Assembly: GCA_033764955.1 (NCBI GenBank)
Contig: JANRIL010000010.1
Location: 27,754-91,753 of the forward strand
Source: Cyanobacteriota bacterium
GTDB lineage: Bacteria > Cyanobacteriota > Cyanobacteriia > Thermostichales > Thermostichaceae
Direction of reading: 5' to 3'
DNA length: 64,000 nt
How positions within the stretch are numbered: position 1 is the first letter of the stretch; every line of letters starts with the position of its first letter. The notes under the pieces are model-generated. The model was not told the DNA's origin. It saw nothing but the letters and a program-made list of their open reading frames with translations, and made no database searches. Made by a program: the position numbers and the translations under genes. Of the stretch, positions 37,856 to 50,117 are shown one piece after another.

Positions 37856-40285
37856 ATGAGCAGAGACATTCAAGCGGATGGGTCTGGACAGCAAATCGGT
37901 GGGTATGGTCTAGCCAGCTTGGTTGGATTGGTGCTGCTCCTGTTGGTGGTCTGGAATTTGACCGACCCACTACCACCCGCTTGGGATGAAGCTCAGCATC
38001 TATTGCAGGGACAAGCTTTTGGATCCCATCTCCATCGCTTTGATGGATCGGCTCTTTGGTGGCAGCAGTTTTTCCACCTCAATCAACGCTATCCTCCCCT
38101 CACCTATTGGTTAGGGATCCCCTTTGCCTGGTTTCATCCCCTCAGTCGTGCGGATGGGCAGGTGATCAATCTGCTGTTGCTGGGGGTTTTGGGCGGAGCT
38201 ACCCAACGGATTGGCGTCAAAGCGTCGGGCAACGCTGGGGTGGGCTGGCTGGCAGCTGGGCTGTTGCTGCTCTACCCAGCGATAGGCGGACTGGCTCATG
38301 TTTATATGCTTGAGTTGGTTTTGCTAACCACCATTACTCTCAGTTTTTGGGCCGCTTTAGCCTATTGGCAGGATCCTAGCTGGCGCAGTGGAGTCGGATG
38401 GGGGGCTAGTCTGGGATTGGTGTTGTTGACCAAGTGGACAGGGGTATTTTTTTTGGTCTGGCCCTGTTTGGCAATCCTGGCACGGGTGGTGATGGGGCGG
38501 CGCTGGCGAGAACTGGCGTATCTGGGATTGGGATTGGGGGTGGCGGGTCTGCTGATCTGGCCTTGGTATAGCGCCAACTGGCTGTTTGTCTTGACCAATG
38601 GATTGGGCTATGCTTCCACCTCCCACTACTACGTGCAGTGTGACCGGGGATCCCTCTGTTGGTGGACGATTTATTTGCGTTGGTTGCCCCAGCAGATGTC
38701 TCCCGTCTTGTGCGGACTGCCCCTCTTAGCCGCATGGCGTTACCCGAAGCAAGGGTTGCAAATGGTTCGCTCGAACACCAAGGTGAGTTGGGGAGCCTTG
38801 CTCTCTACCCTGGTGGCAGGATACGGGTTTTATACCCTGATCGATATCAAAGACATCCGCTTTACCCTGCCTTTGCTACCCCTGCTGGCAGTGATCTCGG
38901 CGATTGGCATTCAGCGGCTCTGGGGATCCCGTCGATTCCCTTGGGGCAGGCAGCCCCCCTTGACATCATGGAAAACCATCAGCCTGTTGGGATTGGGATC
39001 CCTCAGCTTGTTGTGGCAGGGACAGCCCTTCACGCCGGGAGTAGCCCCCCTTTGGCAGGCTCTCTCGATGCAATGGCAGGAGCAGCAGCCTCAACAGCAA
39101 CTAACCACTTGGATGCAGACCTATGTGGTGGATCCCAGCCAACAAAAAACTCTAGGAGTCCTACCCAATACGGAATTGCTCTCCTCAGAAACCTTGACCT
39201 ATCTGGCTGCTCTGGCTGATTTGCCCTTGGCGTTTCGCCCCTTGGGGCAAACCCCCTGGCCTGAGGTGGAAATGACCTTACTGGATGCCCACCTCAGTAG
39301 TGCCGGAGATTGGGGAGTAACGGGGCCGTTTCTCGACTCCAAGCGGCAGATTTGGCGGCAACTCCATCAACATCCTCAGTGGCAGTCCCGCTCAGATGTT
39401 TTGCCCAGTGTGGGATCCCTCACCCTGTTTCAGCCCGTCCGCCCCCCCTTCTCCATCTTCCCCCTTCAAGAAAAAAGTCCCCCTGCTCTGGTGGGAGTGG
39501 AACCTGCTCCAGACCGTCTCAACCTGCAACTCACCTGGCAAGGCAATGTGGCAGCGCTGGCTCAAACCCTCCTCTGGGCGGATCTCACCGATCCAGAGGG
39601 GATCCCACTGGCTTCGGGACATCTAGGCCATTTCCGATTGCGACCCGATGTCGATACCCCCGTAGAATTACAAGAAATCCTGACCCTGGAAAGAGAAAAT
39701 GCCCTGGGAGCAGGAGAGTATTCCCTGACCCTAACCTGGCAAACCGCCGACTCCCTCCGACAGAGCCAGATTTTTCCCTGGACATTGACCGCCGCCGTGG
39801 ATCCCAGTCCAAAATCAGTGCGGGATCCCTTGGATTTGTTAGAACAGGCGGCGCTGGCGGCCTCAGAGGGAAATCTGGAGGAGTTATCCACCTCTCTGGC
39901 GGCCTGGACGACACTGCAATACCACACCTACCTCACCCAGCCGGATCGGGTTTTGGTGCGAAAGCTGCTGGAGGGATCCCTCAACCGGAGTCCTTCTCTT
40001 GTGCAACAACAACGGCTGCACTATCAACTGGGCTTACTGGCCATCACACAACTGCAATATGCAGCGGCTCAGGGGCATTTTCAGACCCTCACCACCCTCG
40101 ACCCTCAAGACGACTGGGCATGGGCTTATCTGGCTCTGGTCAAGCTGGTTTTCACCCACGATATCGCCGGGATCCCCGATCTCAAACAGCAGTTGCGCCT
40201 GCTCAGCCAACCCATCTGTCAATCCACTGTCGCGGATCCTGGCCTGTCCTCCATCTGCCAAAAGCTAGCAGCATGGCTAGAATAA
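37856..40285 (+). CDS. GT-C glycosyltransferase (ArnT / PMT family 39-like) with C-terminal TPR-like region
   Basis: PPAWDEAQHL, YPPLTY, LLTKWTG, KDIRFTLPLLP and multiple TM helices. Confidence 0.85.
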   Translation: MSRDIQADGSGQQIGGYGLASLVGLVLLLLVVWNLTDPLPPAWDEAQHLLQGQAFGSHLHRFDGSALWWQQFFHLNQRYPPLTYWLGIPFAWFHPLSRADGQVINLLLLGVLGGATQRIGVKASGNAGVGWLAAGLLLLYPAIGGLAHVYMLELVLLTTITLSFWAALAYWQDPSWRSGVGWGASLGLVLLTKWTGVFFLVWPCLAILARVVMGRRWRELAYLGLGLGVAGLLIWPWYSANWLFVLTNGLGYASTSHYYVQCDRGSLCWWTIYLRWLPQQMSPVLCGLPLLAAWRYPKQGLQMVRSNTKVSWGALLSTLVAGYGFYTLIDIKDIRFTLPLLPLLAVISAIGIQRLWGSRRFPWGRQPPLTSWKTISLLGLGSLSLLWQGQPFTPGVAPLWQALSMQWQEQQPQQQLTTWMQTYVVDPSQQKTLGVLPNTELLSSETLTYLAALADLPLAFRPLGQTPWPEVEMTLLDAHLSSAGDWGVTGPFLDSKRQIWRQLHQHPQWQSRSDVLPSVGSLTLFQPVRPPFSIFPLQEKSPPALVGVEPAPDRLNLQLTWQGNVAALAQTLLWADLTDPEGIPLASGHLGHFRLRPDVDTPVELQEILTLERENALGAGEYSLTLTWQTADSLRQSQIFPWTLTAAVDPSPKSVRDPLDLLEQAALAASEGNLEELSTSLAAWTTLQYHTYLTQPDRVLVRKLLEGSLNRSPSLVQQQRLHYQLGLLAITQLQYAAAQGHFQTLTTLDPQDDWAWAYLALVKLVFTHDIAGIPDLKQQLRLLSQPICQSTVADPGLSSICQKLAAWLE

Positions 40286-40422
40286 GCTCCCCTTTGACAA
40301 CCCAACTCCCTCAATATTTTGGGATCCTTAATCTTCTGAGTCTTTTTGCCTCCCTGAATGCGCTACCGCTTGTCAATCTGCTCAAGACACGGTAGACCAG
40401 AAACAATTCATCCCCAGTGATT

Positions 40423-40851
40423 ATGTCAGACTCCCCTCCCTATCGCCCCAAACAGCTTTCCTTAGGCTCTTTGGAGGCAGAAATTGTCCAGATCCTCTGG
40501 GGCTTCGGATCGGCCTCCGCCAAAGAGATTCACGAAGCTATTTTGAGGGATCCCGACCGCGAATTAGCCTATCCCTCCGTGATGACGGTTTTGCAACGGT
40601 TGACCCACAAGGGTTGGGTGCGTTGCGACAAGAGCGAGCGCTCCTTTCGCTGGTATCCCCTCCTCTCCCAACAGGAAGCCAAAGCGATAGCGGCTCATGA
40701 TCACCTGCAACATCTGCTTTCGGTGGATCACCCCGATATCGTGGCGGCTTTTGCCGAACGGTTGGATGCCCAGAGTGTGGAGCAACTGGAAACCCTAGCG
40801 GCACAGGTACGGGCGGCACGACGAGCCAAACAGCAGGAGCATCAGCCATGA
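40423..40851 (+). CDS. BlaI/MecI/CopY family transcriptional repressor
   Basis: LGSLEAEIVQILW and LAYPSVMTVLQRL..KGW. Confidence 0.9.
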   Translation: MSDSPPYRPKQLSLGSLEAEIVQILWGFGSASAKEIHEAILRDPDRELAYPSVMTVLQRLTHKGWVRCDKSERSFRWYPLLSQQEAKAIAAHDHLQHLLSVDHPDIVAAFAERLDAQSVEQLETLAAQVRAARRAKQQEHQP

Positions 40852-41717
40852 TTCATACGTTGATGTTGGCGTTCGCTCTGATCGGAGCTTGGGGTTGGCG
40901 ATGCCTCCCCTATCAACCAGATGGCAGTTGGCAAGCGCGATGGCAGCGGGCGATCGGGCAGTTTGTTGGCCCCCCTCTCCTGCTGCTTGTGACCGGATTG
41001 GCCGTGTTGGGCATGGGTCGGCAAGGGGAAATGGCGGGGGCTTGGCAGGGACAGATTGGCTATGACCTAGCGGTAGCGGGTCTAGGATTTTCCCTTGTGC
41101 TGGGGATCTATCTGGCTGGGCTGGGCTGGCGGTCACTGCACCGAATGCAAACCTATCCCCAGGTCGAAGTTGCCGGACAAACCCTCTATCTCCTCGAATC
41201 CCCCAGTTTCTTTGCGGCTCAAGTCGGGTTTTGGCAATCCTATCTGCTGGTGAGTCGTGGACTCTGGCAAGGGATCCCCCCCCAGCACATGCAGGCCATC
41301 CTATCTCACGAACAAGCCCATCACCATTACCGCGATCCCTTCTGTTTTTTTGGTTTAGGCTGGCTGCGCCGCTTGACCCCTTGGCTGCCCCAAACCCAAC
41401 TGCTCTGGGGAGAATTAGTCTTGCTACGGGAATTGCGGGCGGATCGCTGGGCGGCTCGGCAGGTGGATCCCTTAACCCTAGCGGAGGCGATGCTGATGGT
41501 GAGTGCGGATGGAGTGCCTGTGAATTGGCCGGAATGTGTTGCCTTTGCCTCAGCTATGGATCCCCACCACCGCTTGCAGGAGCGCATCCAAGCCCTCTTG
41601 ATCGAGGGATCCCAAACCTCCTCCAAGCAAGCTTGGTGGCAGCCACTGACAGCCTGGGGTTGGTTAGTCGGTGTAGCCGCTCCCCTCCTCAGCCTGCCCT
41701 TTCATCACGCCTCCTAG
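40848..41717 (+). CDS. M56 / BlaR1-like membrane metallopeptidase
   Basis: HEQAH zinc motif, RELRAD, TM helices; ATGA overlap with the BlaI-like gene. Confidence 0.88.
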   Translation: MIHTLMLAFALIGAWGWRCLPYQPDGSWQARWQRAIGQFVGPPLLLLVTGLAVLGMGRQGEMAGAWQGQIGYDLAVAGLGFSLVLGIYLAGLGWRSLHRMQTYPQVEVAGQTLYLLESPSFFAAQVGFWQSYLLVSRGLWQGIPPQHMQAILSHEQAHHHYRDPFCFFGLGWLRRLTPWLPQTQLLWGELVLLRELRADRWAARQVDPLTLAEAMLMVSADGVPVNWPECVAFASAMDPHHRLQERIQALLIEGSQTSSKQAWWQPLTAWGWLVGVAAPLLSLPFHHAS

Positions 41718-42127
41718 TCCATTCCCTTACCCAACGCGGATTCCAACGTTGAGGGCATTCCATATCATTTCATTACACATATTGGATTCACGGTCTCGAA
41801 TGATCTCAATTTCTTCATTGCTTGTGATCCATTCATTATGTTCAGATAAGAGTTAATTTTTACGAATGGAGTTTAAGATAGTTTTCGCTCTGACTTGCCA
41901 GGGATCCAGATTTGGGTGAGACTGAAGAGCAGTTCTGAATTGATAATGAATAAAAACTAAGGTTGATCGGCTGATAAGCTATCCTCAGTGGTTGAGACTG
42001 AATCAATTGAATTCACCTAAATGCACCGAGTCGGAAAAACAGAGCGGCAACCAGGGTATTGACCATTTCTTAATGAGTTTAGATTGATTTGGATTGATTG
42101 ATTTGAATTGATAACGAGGATCCCTTC

Positions 42128-43654
42128 ATGAAGTTAGCTTATTGGATGTATGCCGGCCCCGCTCATATTGGCACATTGCGTGTCGCCAGTTCCTTCAAGA
42201 ATGTCCATAGCATTATGCACGCTCCTTTGGGAGATGACTATTTTAATGTGATGCGTTCGATGCTAGAGCGGGATCGCAACTTTACTCCCGTAACCACGAG
42301 TGTTGTGGATCGGCATGTTTTAGCGCGGGGATCCGATGAAAAGGTTGTTAACAATATCACCCGTAAAGATAGTGAGGAACATCCTGATTTGATCGTTTTA
42401 ACCCCAACCTGCACCTCCAGTATTCTGCAAGAAGACCTCAATCATTTTGTGCAGCAAGCCCAGATGATTAGCCATGCTGATGTCATGCTTGCTGATGTTA
42501 ATCACTATCGAGTCAACGAATTGCAGGCTGCGGATCGTACCCTTCGACAAATTGTGCAATTCTACCTTCAAAAAGCTCGTAAATCGGGATCCCTAGTGAC
42601 GGAGAAAACAGCGGAGCCTTCTTGTAATATCATAGGAACCTCCACTCTAGGATTTCACAATGCCCATGATTTAAGAGAACTGCGGGTATTGATGCAAGAC
42701 TTAGGGATCCGAATCAACCTCGAAATCCCTGAGGGAGCCTATGTCAATGATCTCAAAAAACTAGGGCAAGCCTGGTTTAATGTGGTTCCCTATCGAGAGT
42801 TAGGGCCATTGGCAGCAGAATATTTGCAGGCAGAACTGGGCACTCCCTTCATTGATATCACCCCGATGGGAGTGGTAGAAACCGCGCGATTTATTCGCAA
42901 GATCCAAGAAATCCTCAACGCTCAGGGATCCCCTGTCAACTATGAGGCTTATATTGAGAACCAAACCCTCTATGTTTCTCAAGCCGCATGGTTTTCTCGC
43001 TCGATTGACTGCCAAAATTTGACCGGTAAAAAGGCAGTTGTGTTTGGAGATTCTACTCATGCGGCAGCGATCACTAAAATTCTCTCCCGTGAAATGGGTA
43101 TTCATGTTGTTTGGGCGGGTAGCTACTGCACCTATGATCAGGAATGGTTTACCGAACAGGTGGGTCGTTATTGCGATGAAATTTTGATGACGGACGACCA
43201 CACCAAAGTGGGAGATGCTATTGCTAAGGTTGAACCCGCTGCTATTTTTGGAACCCAAATGGAGCGGCACGTGGGCAAACGCTTAAAAACTCCCTGCGGT
43301 GTGATTTCGGCTCCCATTCATATTCAAGATTTTCCGATTGGCTATAAACCCTTTTTGGGCTACGAAGGAACGAATCAAATTGCCGATTTGGTTTACAACT
43401 CCTTTACGCTGGGGATGGAAGATCACCTCCTAGAAATCTTTGGCGGGCATGATACGGCTGAAATTATGACCAAGTCCTTGACGGCTGACTCTGACCTAGC
43501 GTGGGATGGCGAAGCCATGCAAGAACTAAAGAAAGTACCTGGATTTGTCCGCAATAAAGTTAAGAAAAACACCGAAAAATTTGCTCGTGAACGGGGGTTT
43601 TCCGGCGTTACTTTGGAAGTTATGTACGCCGCGAAGGAGGCTGCTGGAGCCTAA
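42128..43654 (+). CDS. chlB: Light-independent protochlorophyllide reductase subunit B
   Basis: [26 protein letters not shown] and C-terminal PCP_red domain VPGFVR. Confidence 0.98.
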   Translation: MKLAYWMYAGPAHIGTLRVASSFKNVHSIMHAPLGDDYFNVMRSMLERDRNFTPVTTSVVDRHVLARGSDEKVVNNITRKDSEEHPDLIVLTPTCTSSILQEDLNHFVQQAQMISHADVMLADVNHYRVNELQAADRTLRQIVQFYLQKARKSGSLVTEKTAEPSCNIIGTSTLGFHNAHDLRELRVLMQDLGIRINLEIPEGAYVNDLKKLGQAWFNVVPYRELGPLAAEYLQAELGTPFIDITPMGVVETARFIRKIQEILNAQGSPVNYEAYIENQTLYVSQAAWFSRSIDCQNLTGKKAVVFGDSTHAAAITKILSREMGIHVVWAGSYCTYDQEWFTEQVGRYCDEILMTDDHTKVGDAIAKVEPAAIFGTQMERHVGKRLKTPCGVISAPIHIQDFPIGYKPFLGYEGTNQIADLVYNSFTLGMEDHLLEIFGGHDTAEIMTKSLTADSDLAWDGEAMQELKKVPGFVRNKVKKNTEKFARERGFSGVTLEVMYAAKEAAGA

Positions 43655-43831
43655 GTATCGTCACTTCACTCCGTCTTCTCCACCACAGCGTCTCGCTAGG
43701 CGAGGCACGAAGCTAGACGTTAAGAAGTCTTTGAGTGAGTTCTTGCCAGGAGAAAGAGTAGAGGTGTAGGATAGAGAGCCATTGTTAGTTAAGAATTCGG
43801 CTCAAACCCACTTTCTTAACTTCTTTGGACT

Positions 43832-43903
43832 GGGCAGTTAACTCAGAGGTAGAGTACTACCTTGACACGGTAGGAGTCACAAGTTCGATTCTTGTACTGC
43901 CCA
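43832..43903 (+). tRNA. tRNA-Val(GAC)
   Basis: Acceptor stem GGGCAGT/ACTGCCC, anticodon arm CTACC-TTGACAC-GGTAG, T-loop GTTCGA; CCA not encoded. Confidence 0.95.
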
Positions 43904-43915
43904 TATTTCCCCAAT

Positions 43916-43937
43916 CCCGCTCTCCAAGCGGGTTTTT
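43916..43937 (+). terminator. Intrinsic terminator after tRNA-Val
   Basis: CCCGCT-CTCCA-AGCGGG followed by TTTTT. Confidence 0.65.
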
Positions 43938-44047
43938 GATAAGCCTTTGTGGATTTTTTGCCTGCTTGCCCTGCTGAAATGCAGCCTCCATGCAGCCTCA
44001 CCCATGCTTGACTAGAGATCAGGCAATGCTAGAGAGGATCCGCAGTG

Positions 44048-44881
44048 ATGGCGATGCAGTGGCAGACCGTAAAAACCTACGACGACATTATTTATGAACG
44101 GTGGGATGGCATCGCTAAGCTAACCATCAACCGCCCCCACAAACGCAATGCTTTTCGTCCCCAAACCATCCAAGAATTGCTAGATGCCTTTCACCACACC
44201 CGTGAGGATCCCGATATCGGCGTGGTTTTGTTGACAGGAGCAGGTCCCCACCGTGACGGCAAATACGCCTTCTGCGCGGGAGGGGATCAAAGCATTCGGG
44301 GGGAAGCAGGCTATCTGGATGCCCAAGGGATCCCCCGCCTGAACGTTCTGGATTTACAAAAAGTTATTCGCTCGCTCCCCAAAGTCGTGATTGCCCTGGT
44401 CGCTGGTTATGCCATTGGCGGGGGGCATGTCTTGCACTTGGTCTGCGATCTGACCATTGCCGCCGATAATGCCATCTTTGGACAAACAGGACCGAAGGTG
44501 GGCAGTTTTGACGGCGGATTTGGAGCCAGTTACCTAGCGCGCATCGTTGGCCAAAAAAAAGCCCGTGAAATTTGGTTTCTCTGTCGGCAATACAACGCCC
44601 AACAAGCCCTTGAGATGGGGTTGGTCAATCACGTCGTGCCCGTTGAACAACTGGAGGCGGAAGGGATCCAATGGGCACAAGAGATTTTGCAAAAAAGCCC
44701 TCTGGCAATTCGCATCCTTAAATCAGCCTTTAATGCGGACTGTGACGGCCAAGCAGGATTGCAGGAGCTAGCGGGTAACGCCACCCTCCTCTACTATATG
44801 ACCGCCGAAGCCGCCGAAGGCAAACGAGCCTTTCTGGAAAAAGGATCCCCTGACTTTCGCCAATTTCCCTGGCTACCCTAA
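44048..44881 (+). CDS. menB: 1,4-dihydroxy-2-naphthoyl-CoA synthase
   Basis: [27 protein letters not shown] and FPWLP terminus. Confidence 0.97.
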   Translation: MAMQWQTVKTYDDIIYERWDGIAKLTINRPHKRNAFRPQTIQELLDAFHHTREDPDIGVVLLTGAGPHRDGKYAFCAGGDQSIRGEAGYLDAQGIPRLNVLDLQKVIRSLPKVVIALVAGYAIGGGHVLHLVCDLTIAADNAIFGQTGPKVGSFDGGFGASYLARIVGQKKAREIWFLCRQYNAQQALEMGLVNHVVPVEQLEAEGIQWAQEILQKSPLAIRILKSAFNADCDGQAGLQELAGNATLLYYMTAEAAEGKRAFLEKGSPDFRQFPWLP

Positions 44882-44902
44882 GGGTTTAGCCCGCCGGTTC
44901 GA

Positions 44903-45277
44903 TTACTGGGTGCAGAGAGAGTATTTGATGTAGCACCCTCCCCCATATTGACTACAGGTTTGTACGGCATAGGCTTGAGCCAAGGCTACCGTGGCTCCCC
45001 AACCTGTCCCAAAGGCTCCACTTGGGCTGACGGCTAAGGCTCCACATGAATTTTGGAACCAAAGCTGAGCTTGGCAATCCCCAGCGTAGGCGGAACACGC
45101 TTGCACCGCTGCAAACTCTGCGCCAGCCTGCGTAGTGTGATTGTAGGAATATCCATAGGATCCGGTGGCAGGGGAATAGGCAATCGCTCCAAATCCAGCA
45201 TGAGCCTGCTGGGATCCCACTACAACCGCGCCCACAGCCAAAACCGAGGCAGCCATCCATTGAGAAAAGCGGTTCAT
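44903..45277 (-). CDS. Secreted DUF4189-like protein
   Basis: Signal peptide (AHA), FGAIAYS, F.NSCGALA; six Cys. Confidence 0.85.
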   Translation of the reverse strand: MNRFSQWMAASVLAVGAVVVGSQQAHAGFGAIAYSPATGSYGYSYNHTTQAGAEFAAVQACSAYAGDCQAQLWFQNSCGALAVSPSGAFGTGWGATVALAQAYAVQTCSQYGGGCYIKYSLCTQ

Positions 45278-45479
45278 GTTCTTTTTTCCTCCGACAGTGG
45301 TGAATGATTAACTCCTGCCCACCCCTCGAACACAAACCACATGGAATTGCTAACACCATATCTGCTCAAAACAGCAGATACATCCGCCAAATTACGTAAC
45401 TCCATGGGAGATGGCCGTTGCTGCTGTGGCTTTAGTTGCCTCAATTTGTCCGCAGGGATCCGTGAGTTTTACCCTATCC

Positions 45480-45495
45480 GTAGGGAAATCCGTAC
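45480..45495 (+). promoter_or_regulatory. K-box-like element upstream of groESL
   Basis: GTAGGG-AAAT-CCGTAC versus cyanobacterial K-box GTTCGG-NNAN-CCNNAC (2 mismatches). Confidence 0.45.
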
Positions 45496-45566
45496 CTGAC
45501 CGAACCCCTAAAAAAGGCTGAGTGACCAATGATGGCTATTGTCAGCGATCGATCTGGCCTGATAAG

Positions 45567-45593
45567 CTAGCACTCGTGTGGTGAGAGTGCTAA
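45567..45593 (+). promoter_or_regulatory. CIRCE element (HrcA operator)
   Basis: CTAGCACTC-N9-GAGTGCTAA, one mismatch to consensus, upstream of groES. Confidence 0.93.
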
Positions 45594-45685
45594 AGACAGG
45601 CATTCCCCGCAAGAATCTTGATCGCTTTTGCTTCATCATCTAGACATTTGACTTCGTGTATCCACTTCACGGAGAGGAGATTTTT

Positions 45686-45997
45686 ATGGCAACACTATCT
45701 TTGAATGTATCGACCCTCAAGCCTTTGGGTGATCGAGTCCTGATCAAAATTGCTCAGCAGGACGAAAAAACCGCAGGTGGCATCTTTTTACCTGACACGG
45801 CCAAAGAAAAGCCCCAAGTGGGAGAAATCGCCGCCGTTGGTCCTGGCAAGCGCAATGACGATGGAACCATTGCTCCCCTGGAAGTTAAGCAGGGAGATAA
45901 AGTCCTTTACTCCAAATATGCCGGAACGGAAGTCAAGTTGGGCGCTGAAGAATATGTCCTCTTGGCCGAACGGGATATTTTGGCAATTGTTCAGTAA
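45686..45997 (+). CDS. groES: Co-chaperonin GroES
   Basis: [24 protein letters not shown] and YSKYAGTE. Confidence 0.98.
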   Translation: MATLSLNVSTLKPLGDRVLIKIAQQDEKTAGGIFLPDTAKEKPQVGEIAAVGPGKRNDDGTIAPLEVKQGDKVLYSKYAGTEVKLGAEEYVLLAERDILAIVQ

Positions 45998-46028
45998 TGA
46001 CCACCCCAATTCTCTGACAATTCCCTAA

Positions 46029-47684
<1,656 letters not shown>

Positions 47685-47754
47685 GGTGGCATATAAGTCT
47701 GGCCTCTAAAGGGGGATGGGATCCCTTCCTCCTTCGGCCTTACTAACACTCCCT

Positions 47755-47781
47755 AAGCCCTGCCCCGTGGCGGGGCTTTTT
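47755..47781 (+). terminator. Intrinsic terminator after groEL
   Basis: AAGCCCTGCC-CCGT-GGCGGGGCTT followed by a T-run, between convergent genes. Confidence 0.75.
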
Positions 47782-47789
47782 GTATCCCG

Positions 47790-48617
47790 TTATTGGTAAC
47801 GCTCCAAGAAATCGAGAGCTTGATTCCGCAAATCATAATAATCTTTGGACTCCCGCAGGGCATGGCGATCCCGTGGGCGCGATAATGGAATATCTAGGAT
47901 TTGACCAATTTTGGCATGAGGGCCATTGGTCATCATCACCACCCGATCGGACATAAAGATTGCTTCGTCTACGTCATGGGTAATCATCATCACCGCCTGC
48001 GGATGTTGTCGCCAGATTTCCAAGACTTCCTGTTGCAATTTGGGACGAGTCAACGCATCCAAAGCACCAAACGGTTCATCCAACAGCAACATCTTAGGGC
48101 GGGTTGCCAAGGCACGCGCTACCCCCACCCGTTGTTTCATTCCTCCTGACAGTTCATGGGGATATTTATCGGCAGCGGCTGTCAGTTTGACCATTTGAAT
48201 ATGCTCATTCACGATGGACAATTTCTCTTCCCGACTAGCGGTTTTGAACACCTCCTCCACCGCCATGCGGATGTTTTCTCGCACCGTTAGCCAGGGCAGG
48301 AGGGCGTATCCCTGAAACACCATCATCCGCTCGGATCCCGGCTTGCGAATCGTCTTGTCCTCCAGCCGAACAGAACCGGAGGTAGCCTGTTCTAAGCCAG
48401 CCACAATCCGCATCAGGGTCGATTTGCCACAGCCCGAATGCCCAATCACCGAGACATATTCCTGCTCACCGATGGTCATGTTAATCCCATCCAAGACAAC
48501 AAAGGAACTGCCATCCGGTTTGGGAAAGGCTTTGACAACATCCTCGATCACCAAGAAATCTTGGGAGGAGCGGGTATGAATCGGATTGGGATCCATCGAT
48601 TGAGTAGACATCACCAT
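47790..48617 (-). CDS. NrtD/CmpD-family ABC transporter ATP-binding subunit
   Basis: GHSGCGKST, LSGGMKQRV and LLLDEPFGALDALTR. Confidence 0.92.
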   Translation of the reverse strand: MVMSTQSMDPNPIHTRSSQDFLVIEDVVKAFPKPDGSSFVVLDGINMTIGEQEYVSVIGHSGCGKSTLMRIVAGLEQATSGSVRLEDKTIRKPGSERMMVFQGYALLPWLTVRENIRMAVEEVFKTASREEKLSIVNEHIQMVKLTAAADKYPHELSGGMKQRVGVARALATRPKMLLLDEPFGALDALTRPKLQQEVLEIWRQHPQAVMMITHDVDEAIFMSDRVVMMTNGPHAKIGQILDIPLSRPRDRHALRESKDYYDLRNQALDFLERYQ

Positions 48618-48702
48618 AAGCTTTCTCCACGAAAAACTAAAAACAATAACAGAGATAACAGCACTAGATGCCTGAAAAGCTGAGAAAAAAGGGCGTTGGC
48701 AG

Positions 48703-50094
48703 CTAGAGAAAATAAAGTTGGGGAGCCTTAGCCCGAATCGCAAAACTCTCTAAATAGCCCACCGGATCGCTGGGATCAAAGGATTGACCATCGATAAAAG
48801 CTTCCGCCGGTTCCACCTTATAGTCTTCACTAGGACAAGCAATCCCCAATTCACCCGCAATGTCTCGATAGAGATCGGTTCTCCAGGCTTGACGGGCAAT
48901 TTGCTCAGCCTGTTTGGGAAATTCGGGGAGTTGCCCCCAACGAGCCGCTTGCGTCATCAACCAGAGGCTTTGGGACTGCCACAAAAAGGTGGAATGGTCA
49001 TGAGTGACTGAAGAAATGGCAGGGGACATTTCAAAAAACAGGGTGGTTTCTGGGCTATTGACAATGCGGGATTCTCCGTCAAATCCCCCATAGTTATATC
49101 CCCCTACAATCCCAGGTCGGGTAAAGTCCACCTTGGCTCCGGTGAAAGAGCGTTGAGAAATAATCTGAGCCACTTCCTCTCGATGGGCGGGATCCCCACA
49201 ATATCGGCAAGCCTCAATCATGGCTTTCACGAGGGAGCGGTAGGTTTTGGGATAGTTCTCGATAAACGACTCCCGCATGGCTAAAACGCGGTCAGGATGT
49301 CCTTGCCAGATTTCTCGCCCTTGAGCAAACGTAAAGCCTACCCCAGCATTCCCAGTAATCCCTCTGGTATTCCAGGGTTCCGCCACCATATAAGCCTGCA
49401 TCACCCCAATCCGCATGTTGCTGACCATCTGGGGAGGAGGGGTAATAATCAAGCGCAAATCAGTGATCGGATTGATGCCCGCTGCCGCTATTAAATAGCG
49501 GACAAAATACTCATAGATAGATGAACTCAACACCACCGCCCAGACCCGTTCATGTAGGGGAGCAGTCTGCCAGTATTGCCGCAGCTCTTGTCCAAAGGTT
49601 TCCAGATTGCCACCATAGCTTGACCAGGGACGGATCCCACTTTCCCACAGCTTGCGATTGAAGGTGATGGCATTGCCATGGCGATGAATGGTCATGGCAG
49701 CACAGAGAGGGAACTGGCGGGCACCTTCTGCCCCGGTTCTGGCATTGGTGACGGCTCCCGACACCACCGGAGAGGCATCTAGCCGCCCAAAAATAATCCC
49801 ATCGCGGGAATTTGCCCAACTGGCTTCTCGGCTGAGGGTGACATTGAGACCATATTTGCGAAAAAATCCTTTCTCCCAAGCGATGGCAAAAGGAGCACAG
49901 TCATTGACCGGCACAAAACCAACGGTGATGTTGGGTTTTTCTAAACTGGCGGGATCCACCACTGGTTCCACCGCCAAGGCAGGGTCGGGGATCCGAGCCG
50001 GATTGCGGGGTTGACTACAGGCCGAAACCGTCAGAGCCGAAACCGCCCCACTCATCCCCCGTAAAACCGCCCGTCGCGTCCAGGAGTTGTTCAT
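48703..50094 (-). CDS. NrtA/CmpA-family ABC substrate-binding lipoprotein
   Basis: Twin-Arg signal (TRR) plus lipobox VSAC; LEKPNITVGFVPVNDCAP and VAEPWN. Confidence 0.9.
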   Translation of the reverse strand: MNNSWTRRAVLRGMSGAVSALTVSACSQPRNPARIPDPALAVEPVVDPASLEKPNITVGFVPVNDCAPFAIAWEKGFFRKYGLNVTLSREASWANSRDGIIFGRLDASPVVSGAVTNARTGAEGARQFPLCAAMTIHRHGNAITFNRKLWESGIRPWSSYGGNLETFGQELRQYWQTAPLHERVWAVVLSSSIYEYFVRYLIAAAGINPITDLRLIITPPPQMVSNMRIGVMQAYMVAEPWNTRGITGNAGVGFTFAQGREIWQGHPDRVLAMRESFIENYPKTYRSLVKAMIEACRYCGDPAHREEVAQIISQRSFTGAKVDFTRPGIVGGYNYGGFDGESRIVNSPETTLFFEMSPAISSVTHDHSTFLWQSQSLWLMTQAARWGQLPEFPKQAEQIARQAWRTDLYRDIAGELGIACPSEDYKVEPAEAFIDGQSFDPSDPVGYLESFAIRAKAPQLYFL

Positions 50095-50117
50095 AGTTGT
50101 CCTCTCGATGGCTAGGT

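Noticed and set aside
39310..40395. 361-aa alternative-frame ORF
   Set aside because: Overlaps the GT-C gene in another frame; Pro/Ser/Arg-rich off-frame composition.
43787..43821. 9-bp inverted repeat upstream of tRNA-Val
   Set aside because: AT-rich stem with a 17-nt loop; function cannot be supported.
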